Source: Laetmonice hystrix | Lineage: Eukaryota | NCBI GenBank assembly: GCA_965235115.1 | Contig: OZ249437.1 | Coordinates: forward strand, 5,890,001 to 5,954,000 | Direction: 5' to 3' | Length of the DNA stretch: 64,000 nucleotides | Shown here: positions 39,176 to 52,300 of the stretch, piece by piece | How the letters are laid out: each line of letters starts with the position of its first letter | How positions within the stretch are numbered: the stretch's first letter is position 1 | Position numbers and translations under genes: made by a program | Notes under the pieces: generated by a model | Database searches by the model: none | What the model was told of the DNA's origin: nothing | Seen by the model: the letters and a program-made list of their open reading frames with translations, nothing else

Positions 39176-39345
39176 TGGGGCTCGGGTGGCCGCGTGGTCT
39201 AAGGTGTTGGCTCATGACACCTAGGACCATCGACTCACACCACTGTGATACGGGTTCGATCCCCGGCCTGAGCTGCATGTGTCAGTCAGTTCCATCCCGA
39301 AGGTTGGTGGTTTCTTCCTTGTACTCCGGTTTTCTCCACCCATCC
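39176..39345 (+). mobile_element. tRNA-derived SINE with target-site duplication
   Basis: A-box TGGCCGCGTGG (39187-39197) and B-box GGTTCGATCCC (39253-39263). The downstream GTTTCTTCCTTGTACTCCGGTTTTCTCCACC resembles the V-/Meta-type SINE central motif. ACCTTATGGCA is directly repeated at 39165-39175 and 39346-39356. Confidence 0.85.
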
Positions 39346-39411
39346 ACCTTATGGCAAGAGAGATGGGTGACACAGGTTGACGGATGATTGGTCAAGGACT
39401 GTATGACGACA

Positions 39412-40059
39412 CATCGTCTTGTATGTAACGCGCAGGAATGTCGTCAACTGTGAAGAGTACTGCTTGGTTAGGTGGCCTGGCGTCGTCTTGTATGTAACTC
39501 GCCTGGCGTCGTCTTGTATGTAACTCGCCTGGCGTCGTCTTGTATGTAACTCGCCTGGCGTCGTCCTGTATGTAACTCGCCTGGCGTCGTCTTGTATGTA
39601 ACTCGCCTGGCGTCGTCTTGTCTGTAACTCGTCTGGCGTCGTCTTGTATGTAACTAGCAGGAGTGTCGTCAACTGTCCACAGTACGGCGTGGTTAGGTGG
39701 CCTGGCGTCGTCTTGTATGTAACTCGCCTGGCGTCGGCTTGTATGTAACTCGCAGGAGTGTTGTCAACTGTCCAGAGTACGGCGTGGTTAGGTGGCCTGG
39801 CGTCGTCTTGTATGTAACTCGCCTGGCGTCGTCTTGTATGTAACTCGCCTGGCGTCGTCTTGTATGTAACTAGCAGGAGTGTCGTCAACTGTCCACAGTA
39901 CGGCGTGGTTAGGTGGCCTGGCGTCGTCTTGTATGTAACTAGCAGGAGTGTTGTCAACTGTCCACAGTACGGCGTGGTTAGGTGGCCTGGCGTCGTCTTG
40001 TATGTAACTAGCAGGAGTGTTGTCAACTGTCCACAGTACGGCGTGGTTAGGTGGCCTGG
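39412..40059. repeat. Composite minisatellite with 26-bp and 69-bp units
   Basis: Short unit GCCTGGCGTCGTCTTGTATGTAACTC. The long unit adds 43 bp. Order: L S6 L S L S2 L L L. Confidence 0.93.
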
Positions 40060-41540
40060 TGTACTGGAGGATTAGAAGTGGCAGAAGTGCGCACGAGGAA
40101 GACGGGGGGATAATGATGGAGTACCAACTCGGGTCGCTGGAGTCTACAGAGCGAGTGAGTAGGGACTGTACACTTCCATGTTGTGAGATGATAAAATGGT
40201 GTAATAGAATATTATAGCACAGACGGAACATATGGCCTCGTGCAGTTCATGTTCTATCTAAAGGCATAGTCCTACACAGTATCCAGCAAAATATAACAAT
40301 ACTTATCATTAAAGGTAATATATCACGAATGTCAAATAATACGTCGTGTTTCAGCAAAAATTATGTCTTCATTGCGGTTCTCCGATATGCCCCAAAGGTC
40401 CCCTACCTGTATAAAAAAAATTGCCAAATCTTAATGCAGTCACTGAAAAGACACACTTAGATTCTGAGACCCTGGGATTTGCAGCCGGCTGTGTTTTGCA
40501 CCCTTTTCACATGATCGGCGGCCATTATAGCGCGTGCTTACATCTCGAGTAATCATAGCGAGAGTCACGTGATCATGAGACCCGTTCAAACGATTCGCGG
40601 CAGCCAAAGGGGGCCAAAATGGCGGATTCATCGCACTTTGCGGACACTGCAGTCAGTTTTATTCATTTTTCTACATTAGGGAGAATTTCACAACTATCTA
40701 CTCGTAGTATGTGTTATAAACAATCAGTGCCACAAAGTACGTCAGTGGTAAGCAGAAAACTAAAGATTTCGGTCGATACCCCCCGTGACATATTTCCTTT
40801 AAGTGGAGATGTACTAGAAGGCACAGACTGAATCGATCATACTGCTGAAGTTGTGGGATTCACAGGGTGTAAGTAGCAGTTACTGTACTCTATATACCAC
40901 AGAAAGATTAAAGGAATTCCCCCCTTCGTTAATGTGTCTTATTATAGATTCGCTGAAACCGGTCTTTAAAATGTCTATCCTATTCACGACCAATAAATCT
41001 TCACACCACTGCTAGATATACTGGAGTAGTAGAGGTGCTTTCATAAAGACTAGCCATGTTCACGATTACGGTAAGGATCGACGTGAGGAACTAATTGATT
41101 AATGATGGAGCTCAAGCTGTATCCTGTAATCGGACTTCCCCCTCAGGCGTTCCATACGATACTCTTCTTTCACCATACAACTATTATGCCGTCAACATGT
41201 GATACGCCTGACCAAGGTTTAACAACACGTCGTCCACTGGAAAGAAACACGGACAATTCCCAATCTCCAAGATCACCAAGGCTCATTACCAGCGAGAACC
41301 ATGTAAAATTTATTATCATCTCTCATAATCCGTAGCAGGTGTGTCGGCTTCGGCCATAATCATGTGGCCAACACGCGATACAATACGGGATTGGTAACCT
41401 ATGGAAAACCCCGGCCCTGGAAATATCAAGCATGATAATAGAACATGAAATCGTTCCGAGTTTAAGACGCAGTTCATTAAAAGCCTGACATGCTATGGAA
41501 CTAAAAATGAATGAAACTCACTAGTCGTTTTTCATATCTC

Positions 41541-41995
41541 ATTAACGTATATCACTGGTCACCCTATCATTAAGGTATATCACTGGTCACCCTATCATTA
41601 AGGTATATCACTGGTCACCCTATCATTAACGTATATCACTGGTTACCCTATCATTAACGTATATCACTGGTCACCCCATCATTAACGTATATCACTGGTT
41701 ACCCTATCATTACCGTATATCACTGGTCACCCTATCATTAACGTATATCACTGGTTACCCTATCATTAACGTATATCACTGGTCACCCCATCATTAACGT
41801 ATATCACTGGTTACCCTATCATTAACGTATATCACTGGTCACCCCATCATTAAGGTATATCACTGGTCACCCTATCATTAAGGTATATCACTGGTCACCC
41901 TATCATTAACGTATATCACTGGTCACCCTATCATTAACGTATATCACTGGTTACCCTATCATTAACGTATATCACTGGTCACCCCATCATTAACA
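41541..41995. repeat. Minisatellite, 28-bp unit, ~16 copies
   Basis: Unit ATTAA(C/G)GTATATCACTGGT(C/T)ACCC(T/C)ATC. Confidence 0.95.
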
Positions 41996-42649
41996 TCATC
42001 ACAAATTATATTAGTTAATGACAACGGCCGCTGTGGTTGGTTCAGTGGTCCCGGTAATTTCAGAAAGTATGTCTACGATCCATTGGGAAAGGTAGACAGT
42101 GGAACTGTCTCAACAATAATCGGCAAAATATCATGTCTCATACGAAATTTGTATCAATTTCCTTTCAGATATATCGCTTATTGCGGAAAAATAGTATACT
42201 GCATTCTGTGCTGTCGATTTTTGTTCAAATGTCGATCTTTATTAGCTCACACCTTGATGAGATGAGTTTAGAACGGAAAGTGTTTTGAAATACAATGGAT
42301 ATCAGATTACAAATCCTATTGGCTCAGTAAATAGAATACGAGCGCTTTTGGATCACTGCAATTTCCACTCCTTGCCACTTTGATTGTTTAGATTTTCTCT
42401 GAAACTGGGTCAAAGGCATCTCCATTATCTGATCCTTGGGCAACTCTAATCGTCTTACTCTCACAAGAGTTGATTAAGTACTCAAATAATCTCAGCAAAG
42501 GCAATAAGCATTTATTGTTTGCCATCAATCATGTGATCCATTCACTACAACCTGATGGACTCCTTGCTAATGCATTAGTTCGCTATCATTGGTAAAAATT
42601 TGTTATTGGATTCTCTGGAAAATTGTCTGGTAGAATACAGCCCAAACCT

Positions 42650-44560
42650 GCCTGACATAGCCGACCACTTGCGGCCGGTCACACAACCTGACATAGCTGA
42701 CTACTTATGGCTGGTCACACAACCTGACATAACCGACTACTCATGGCTGGTCACACAACCTGACATAGCCAACTATTCATGGCCGGTCACACAACCTGAC
42801 ATAGCCGATTACTTATGGCTGGTCACACAACCTGACATAACCAACTACTCATGGCTGGTCACACTTGCGGCCGGTCACACAACCTGACATAACCGACTAC
42901 TCATGGCCGGTCACACAACCTGACATAGCCGACTACTCATGGCCGGTCACACAACCTGACATAACCGACCACTTGCGGCCGGTCACACAACCTGACACAG
43001 CTGACTACTTATGGCTGGTCATACAACCTGACATAGCCAACTACTCATGGCTGGTCACACTTGCGGCCGGTCACACAACCTGACATAACCGACTACTCAT
43101 GGCTGGTCACACAACCTGACATAGCCGACCACTTGCGGCCGGTCACACAACCTGACACAGCTGACTACTTATGGCTGGTCACACAACCTGACATAACCAA
43201 CTACTCATGGCTGGTCACACTTGCGGCCGGTCACACAACCTGACATAACCGACTACTCACGGCTGGTCACACAACCTGACATAACCGACTACTCATGGCC
43301 GGTCACACAACCTGACATAGCCGACTACTCATGGCCGGTCACACAACCTGACATAACCGACCACTTGCGGCCGGTCACACAACCTGGCATAGCCGACTAC
43401 TTATGGCCGGTCACACGACCTGACAAAACCGACCACTTGCGGCCGGTCACACAACCTGACATAACCGACCACTTGCGGCCGGTCACACAACCTAACATAG
43501 CCGACTACTCATGGCCGGTCACACAACCTGACATAACCGACTACTCATGGCCGGTCACACAACCTGACATAACCGACTACTCATGGTCGGTCACACAACC
43601 TGACATAACCGACTACTCATGGCCGGTCACACAACCTGACATAACCGACCACTTGCGGCCGGTCACACAACCTAACATAACCGACTACTCATGGTCGGTC
43701 ACACAACCTGACATAACCGACTACTCATGGCCGGTCACACAACCTGACATAACCGACCACTTGCGGCCGGTCACACAACCTAACATAACCGACTACTCAT
43801 GGTCGGTCACACAACCTGACATAGCCGACTACTCATGGCTGGTCACACAACCTGACATAACCGATTACTTATGGCTGGCCACACAACCTGACATAACCGA
43901 CTAGCCGACTACTCATGGCTGGTCACACAACCTGACCTAGCCGACTACTCATGGCCGGTCACAGAACCTGACATAACCGACTACTCATGGCCGGTCACAC
44001 AACCTGACATAACCGACTACTCACGGCTGGTCACACAACCTGACATAACCGATTACTTATGGCTGGCCACACAACCTGACATAACCGACTAGCCGACTAC
44101 TCATGGCTGGTCACACAACCTGACATAGCCGACTACTCATGGCCGGTCACAGAACCTGACATAGCCGACTACTCATGGCCGGTCACACAACCTGACATAG
44201 CCGACTACTCATGGCTGGCCACCTGACATAACCGACTACTCATGGCTGGTCACCTGACATAAGCGACTACTCATGGCCGGTCACACAACCTGACATAGCC
44301 GACTACTCATGGCTGGCCACCTGACATAACCGACTACTCATGGCTGGTCACCTGACATAAACGACTACTCATGGCCGGTCACACAACCTGACATAGCCGA
44401 CTACTCATGGCCGGTCACACAACCTGACATAGCCGACTACCCATGGCTGGTCACACAACCTGACATAACCGACTACTCATGGCTGGTCACACAACCTGAC
44501 ATAACCGACTACTCATGGCCGGTCACACAACCTGACATAACCGACTACTCTTGGTCGGTC
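42650..44560. repeat. Minisatellite, 36-bp unit, ~50+ copies with variant and deleted units
   Basis: Unit GGTCACACAACCTGACATA(A/G)CCGACTACTCATGGC(C/T). Variants GACCACTTGCGG and GACTACTTATGG occur. Confidence 0.96.
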
Positions 44561-47500
44561 ATTCGGCCTGGCCACCAGACGTTTTACGTACTGATCAACA
44601 TTTGATGTTTCTCAGGTACTGGCTTCAAACATCCTGGAGATCGTCAAGTTCTTAAAATAAAGGAGGGTGTAAAATATGGCTGAATCATTTACAATCATAG
44701 ACTTTACAGTTCTTTATGTTCTAAATTGTCTGGTTAGAAAGGACTTTTCTATATTCTGATGGTCAGACCTGGACGAATAGTCAGCTTCAGCTGCAAAGGA
44801 GCCCCTGAACTTGGACAACACTTTGATATTTTCGACATGGCAACAAGAAAAGCACCACCCTACGAATGGGTTGTCAAGTCTTTCAGTGAGCATCAGGTTT
44901 GACAAGCACGAGTCAGCGCGGCCCGCAGACGTGACTTGATGTGGGGGTGTGAAGTGGACCGTTTGTAGCCCGGCCCCATCGGTCCTTCACAAGCGGGCCG
45001 GGCCGCTTGAAGGTGAGATAGAGGTACTTGGGCCGGTTCTATGAGGGGCCTCTCATGTTGTGACACACAGGCAGAACCGTTGCCCTCGGCTAGTCCTCGA
45101 TGTTCGCAAAGTTGGAGTGCACTCCACTACAGCAGCGCTAGCCGTCTAACACACTCAGCAGTGAATCCTCGACATCCCGGGTGGTGACATAAACATGTGA
45201 AGGATGTGTGTAACCCGGTGGTTTTACACAGTCTAGAATGGGTCTCGGGTGGCTTCCAGGACAGGGGCCACTATGTAGGTCAGATATTGGCAGTTAATGG
45301 TAGGCACGGGCCAAACGTGGCCTCGTTGAATCGCAGCTCGCAGACAAAAACCCAGCGTGAAGACTGCGCAGACCAAGGACATCGGTGTACAAACAGAATT
45401 GTTTGGATATTTCTAACACACAACCATCCTGTGTATGGGCTGATTATACCAAGATTCTGCCTTGATTTCTGTCATCTACAAATTCTGATAACAGTTTTAC
45501 ACTAAATCAATGTCAAATATATCAGTTCAAGCAGGGTTCTATAGTTAGATTAACTATCTTGGCCAGACAGGCGATATTTTTCATTCTTGATTGGAATTTT
45601 TGCTAGACTCTGGAGTTAATCAATGGATGCATTAACCGCCAGTTTCTATTTAAAGACATGGATTACAAAGTTGCCCTTCTTCCTTACATTTGAAAAGGAG
45701 CCTAAACAAACAGCTCATCAACAAGATTAAAGATATGAGGTCGAATTTCCTTTAGTTTCCCGTTAGCACGTCGTCTTTGCATTCTGTGGCAAGAGGACGG
45801 GTCTGAAGCAGCCTTGTTCAGACTGTGTCTGCAATATTGACAGAATGTACCGGCGTCACATAATGAGAATCCTCCTGACTGAAGACTGCCACGATTGCAG
45901 CGATGATACAGTGATTCCCTGCCGGCGGTAACCGTCAAACCACAATGTTGGCCGATCCGCTGGCTGCCAAACTGGAGCCATTGTCAGGACAGCCAGACGG
46001 TTCTATCCCGGCCACCTCGTCCATCTACGTGCGCTCTCCGGGCCAACTTTGATCAAATCAAATGGAAGGATACTAAACACAGCTCCTCTGTATGCTTATC
46101 AATCTATCATTATTAGATGTCTTCGAGCCTACCTATGTAACCCTACCTCCTACGCATTTTGCCTATACCTAATATTTACAATATCCTGGTGTTGAGGAGT
46201 GGGCGTGGTAATACCACGGCCTAAGTGACGCACTGCTATGGTTTGCACTGCAGCAATGGTATCGTTTTATTAAAGAGAGCGCTAACTCAATGGTGTCGTT
46301 TTATTAAAGAGGAGTGACACGCTTCAATACCTAAGAGTGACAAAATATTCACCAGGCACAAGTCGCGCTACAAGTCTGGTTGTTTTCATTAGGATCGCTC
46401 TGTAAGGTCTCAAGTCTCCCGTCTACCACAGCGCGTCCTCTGACTCCATCCTCACGCTCTTCTCGAGGATGTATAGAACTGTTCCTAAAGGACCGTACAC
46501 GTGTCGTTATAAATACATGAACCGTTCAATATATAAATCTCCACGGACCAACATCACGGCATCAACATCACACAGCAAACACAGAAACCGGCAGTATACG
46601 TTTTAGGGGCCGTGATTCAAATAGGCCAATAAGAATATATAATTTCAAACGAAAAGCTCAAGGTTACTAAATTTCATTTGTCTGTCGTCGTCTCACATCC
46701 ATAAAACGACGTTGATACTTGTACGACACGATAGCTGAGACAAGAATCAGTCTCCGTTCAGGGACAGCTCCTGCCTGTTAATGAGTTAGCTCACTGCAAT
46801 GTATCTTGCTTTGTTGTCCATTTCCTTCTTAAGATGGCTCAAGGGAGGCCTAATCAAGCGGCAGGACAAGCAGTCGTCCTTACTGTAGCCCTCACTTGTT
46901 TAGCATTCCTCTAGTAGAGGCGTCCTCGATAGATCATCTCAGTTCCCATACCTGTATCCGTGAAATCCGATAAACTGACGCCGTGTCATACACGCCGTGT
47001 GTATCCGGAAACTGATTACCTGCACCAAACACACATTTCTCTATACTACTCACACGGCGGTGTCCGCTCGGTGCCCGCCTGTGCCCGCTCGGTGCCCGCC
47101 CTGTGCCCGCCCCGTGCCCGCCCCGGCCCATCAGCTGCCATATGGCCCTGTAGCAGCTGCGGTCCACACCAATCGACCCCCACTGGCAGTCCGAATGTGT
47201 CGCCCAGCCCCAAACATATAGATCGGCCACCTACCTGACAATTTCAGCGGACCAAGGCCGAATGTGTCGCCTCCCGTTCTGTACGTTGTGTGAAGGAATC
47301 AAACCTGTACCTCATGTAGGTCCATGGCAACATGTGCATGATCATGTCTATAGATGTGTTTGCGCTTGCGTGGCGCTCAGCGACACTGTCAGTCATCGAC
47401 AGCCTGGAGTGGGTCCAGCACCCGCCGCCGCCCGCCAACCCTGCCCTGCTCGTGATGCTATCCGGGAGAGCCGGCCAGCAGCACATCAGGAGAAGCAGCG

Positions 47501-49097
47501 CCTCTGCTGCGATACTGCCACAAAGGCTAGCGCCACAAAGTACATCGCATTACAGCCTCTTGTATTATTATTGCTATTAGCTAACATAATGCTCACTGTT
47601 ATTAAGCTCTTTATTGGAAAAATAGCGGAGGGCACATGGTCACATGAGTACTGTTTCAGGAAGGTTGGGGAAACCATTCCCAGGACGGACTGCTGACGTG
47701 ACCTGGTCCATTTGGAAGGTTACCACGTGGACCAGTGTATATTGAGACTGGCGACATGGAAAGACTGGATCAGCAGTCAGTCTACACCAAACTCTGCATA
47801 CGTCATCTACAGCATGATGACTGCACTGCGGGCAGTCTTCAAGGCTGAACCAATTCGTCCCGCTTACAATAACATCGAACATGAGAAAAAGGGTTAAATC
47901 ATGTCGATCCAGCTGCGACCTATCCGCCCGATATTCCCCTCTCCTGAATTACATACACCATTACATTACAATACCAAACATCGATGGCGCTACATGGGTA
48001 TCCCACGGTTATCTTTAAACAAATAAATGATGACGATCATGCCATGAGATCAGAAACCCCTGAACTGTGTGAACACACTTCCTCAATCATTAACATCATC
48101 TGTTGCCAAATGAACACTGTTATTCAGAGTTTACTAATCCAGTCATGAACATGGTTATCTTGCAGATACATTGAGAAGCTTTTTTTTAAATTGTTTTAAT
48201 TTTTTTTATTATGCATATTTTTACAGGATTACTCCCTCGGCCTTCCAACCGCTATTAATGTGGGGTCCTGATACAAAAAAATAAAAAATACATTTATAAG
48301 TGTTTTAATAGCGAGGCACGAATTAGAAATATTTGTACACGTACATATATCTTTACATTCGTTTATATACTGTTATCTGACAAAAACATGTTATAGTACT
48401 TTTTGATTTTCATTTTAAACTCATTTTATCCTGATGAGATCTTATATAAACTGGCAAATCATTCCATAACACTGGTCCACTGTAAGTATTACATTTCTTA
48501 AAAAGTTCCTATTTTGGTAGAGGTACACTTAACGCAATAGCGTCACGGGATCCTGTTGCAATATCCTTTTTGTCGATAATAGCAGAATTGTCATGAATCT
48601 GAGAAAAGGTCAACTTCTGGAGCATCATTAATCTTCTGTAACGTTATTTGCATGGCATTATTCGAGCATCTTTATGCAATTCTATAGTACCGTACTATAA
48701 AGTCTATCGGTGTTCAGCGCAATTTTTAAACCATTATTTTGAATTTTAAAATATATACATAATATAATTATGCGGTAATATATCAAATGCTTCGATGTAC
48801 CACTCATGAACAGAATTGATGGTGTATAACACATTATATTCCTACACCATTACAAAATGCCTCCTAACTTTAAACTTGGATACATGTACATGCTTTACTG
48901 CCCAACCGCGACCCCCCGCCCCCCCCCCCCCTCCACACACACACGCACCCATTGGGTTGTACTGATTCAAGGCAGCGATATTTAAACTGTGGTTGATGGA
49001 ACCCGTTACATGAACGGGTTGCACGTGGTTCGCTATCCCGGCTCTCAGCTAACAAAGTGCAGACCAGTACAATGCGAGCGTTTTATTTCATGTGTAA

Positions 49098-49308
49098 AGC
49101 GCTAAACCCACCAAGGCGAATCCCCTTGCGACGCCCATGCGATTTTGATATCACCCTTTTATTTTACTGTAATTTTGAGATTAAAGGATGGAACCCATTT
49201 TCTGAAACGGAGAAGGCCAGCAAGGAAAAAATTCAGAGTGAAATTCCACTATTAAATCAAAAACCGCATGGCCGTCGCAAGGGGAATCGCCTTGGTGGGT
49301 TTAGCACT
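49098..49308. mobile_element. PIF/Harbinger-type (Tourist-like) MITE, copy 2 (opposite orientation)
   Basis: TAA TSD at 49095-49097 and 49309-49311. ~50-bp TIR beginning AG(C/T)GCTAAACCCACCAAGGCGA(A/T)TCCCCTTGCGACG. 211 bp, no ORF. Confidence 0.9.
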
Positions 49309-52300
49309 TAACCTCCTTTCCTCCACGAAAGGAGACACACATAGCCGCAAAATGAAATATCTTACTTCATGATCACTTGCTAGTTATGATCATAGTGACC
49401 CCGCATGCCGGTTTTAAAATTCATGGGATATCGTAGAATATCCAATTACTAACCACAGATCCTTTACATAATGATCGATCTATCACTTATATATAGACAT
49501 CCCTGTGTCTTTGTTACTCTAGCTGTAAGATATTGCATGTAACGACAATATTACCAATGTGCTGACCTACAGCAGTTGACCTCTTAACGTCCCGAGCCGA
49601 GTTAGAGATATTATCGTTTCATATACTCGTGTACTTCAGCAATAATGATCTCATATCTGACAACGTAATACGGAAATATACCTACCTTTAGGTTCCGTAT
49701 CTCATGAAGGAGTGATGAGTTTACTATTTGGTTCACTCATTGTGGTTTGGTGACGTCAAACATATAATACACAGGGACTATCCGAGCTAGGACTTGTAAC
49801 CCTGAATCAACCCCGTACAGGCGCATACCAGGTAGACTGAGATCATTTGTCATCAAATCTACAGAAATGTGCACTATAATCAGATTTACCCTTCATTCCA
49901 GTTGTCTCCTTGGAAACATTTTCAACCAATAAGAAACAGTCTGCTGTCTAAGCTGCTGATTATCTTGCACGGGTAATCCTGCGTTGCTGGATTATAAAAA
50001 TTGACTTTCAGGTAGGAGGTGCTGAGATGTGATTCCAAGCGTCAGTTTCCAGGAAACACTTATACAACATGACAAGAAGCCTTGCCTTAACATTGCACTG
50101 ACATTTGCATGCATACAATTGCATCCATAAAGGTTCCCTGTCACTAACCAGGGGCTTCACGGAGAAATATCATATTCCTGTAAAGACAGTCTGCTTGTCA
50201 ATGGACGTGAGCACAATGGCTCGTAACAAACCAAATGTTGGCACCACGTCACTTAGAAACGCTATAAATCACGGCGCCAGCCTTGATTGATGAACATACA
50301 GGACACGAAGAGTTCGCGAGCTGGACGGCCGATATGATCTAAGGTGCTCCGTTCAGGGGGTAGATTCACATCTAGTGGCCACATTCATCTTCCCATTTGA
50401 AGCGAACATTAAAACAATCGATACACAATTTCAAACCCTGGGGCTTGGACTCAAGCCACCCCTTCTCATAACGACTACTGGTATGGGTTCTTTAACGGGG
50501 TCAAAAGTTCTACTAACACTCCACTATGATTGCCCTCCAGTGAGCTCTAAGCCGTTGCCTTCACCCGATCAATGGCATATTTACTACTGCCTCAAACCGG
50601 GCTCAGCCATTACGTACGTAATTTCCAATTTCCACTCTGTGGCAACATCACATCTTTCAATGCAATATTACGTGAAAGCTTCACATATGCAAATAAGTGT
50701 AAAGCTTCCTTTGGCTTAAAAAGTGCTGAAGTCTCGCCTAATGGAAAATAAACACCACTTAGGCACAGTAGCAGATTACCCAACATTATCATAGGTGTTA
50801 TCCTGACACTGAGCTACCTACTGTTTAGAAGCAGCATTCAAGGCCACTCCCTACATTAGCAATCACCAACATCGAGTGCATCAAACTTAAGCCTTTAAAA
50901 GGCAGTTGGATTCATCGATCTAATGACGTTTTACCTCTAACACTCCCTTCAGAAACATTATCATAATTGTTTGGGGCTTCCTTTCTTAACAAGCTTTCCT
51001 AGTTACCATCACTGAAAGTAACGAATATATTTTTTTAAATCTTTGCTTTCTGTCTCCATGATGTGTGATTTCCCTAAAAGTATTCTGGCAGAAAAAATAT
51101 GAATGTCTCGCTATGAGAGAAAGCAACGTTTCTACAGAATGTGGAGATCAATCTACACGACATGTGTACAGTTGTTTTCTGTCTTCATTACGTGGAAAGT
51201 GTGACTATCAATAGACCAATCAGGGTTTGCGCTAAATAAAGCAATGTAATTGGAAACATGCCGGATATGACATGCCATCAAACTCTGACAGGTGTCAGTG
51301 ATCGCAAGCTATGTGTTACTCAGATAGATTCATCAACATCTCTCTCTCACCGACAAAGGTTCACAGTAGTTTATTTATTCCGTCTAACGATACTTGGCAG
51401 AATCTGTCACTCTGGGAATGATCAAACCAACAAGATCTTGGGTTAACTGTTGCTCTTCTCGTTTATATGTAAGACATACGTATAGATATGATATCAGGAT
51501 TATAATAGTAGTATTCAGTCCTCACAGCATCAACGACATCTAAAACCCGTTTGTTGCTCAACTCTGAGTTTGTGCCTGTAACTAGTCTTTGAGAAGTATG
51601 ATGACGTCCATAACATTTTAACAATTCCCGGCCAGGACAGATTCCAGAAAGTGTCATGTTGACAAGATTTCCAAAATTCCCCTTTAAACGGACTAGTCTG
51701 CGACCTCGGTAGTCTTCCTCCAGACACTCGATACTGGAGCGCAGCATTACGTATATAGTTTTTACAAATCATTCTGCCAATCAGACGAATCTCTTTAGTT
51801 GTCAGAAATAATAAATAGCTTAACTGAAAGTGACATGAAACGGCACTTTGCCTTAATAAAGGCAGAGTGGATACCAACTAGGATGCTGCCTCGGTGCAGT
51901 GTTGTGAACCGTGTAAAGACTGTAATCATTATGTGCCCATCAAAGGCTTGTAAAATTGGTACCTTTACTTGGAGACGGTTTCACCATGAAGCTTGCCGAG
52001 AATAACGCAGTCGTATTGAAATATGTGATGGACTTGCCTCCAAACGCCTGAGATGGGTGATTTATTACAGCGGGCCTAATTTTTCAGTCTCCTTAGAATG
52101 ATATCTAGGTTGGTCAGGATGCTGGGGCTGCCACGAACACCTCGCTCCGTAATGGGGTTGTCTGCATTCTTCGATGCCATTTAAGATAAAGGCGATACGC
52201 AACTTTGTTTCCATTAGGCGAACAGACCAGCTCCTATCAGCTCCCATGTAAAAACCTCAAGGGAGGAGGGGGCATGCTATTTGTCTATTCATTCTTTTCC

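Noticed and set aside
39176-39270. tRNA gene
   Set aside because: A and B boxes are present, but I could not fold a complete cloverleaf, there is no T-run terminator, and the sequence continues into a SINE-like body with a TSD.
36300-46050. FN3-like words at 36.3-36.6, 44.75-44.9 and 45.76-46.05 kb
   Set aside because: They appear in all frames and also on the opposite strand, which indicates over-reading.
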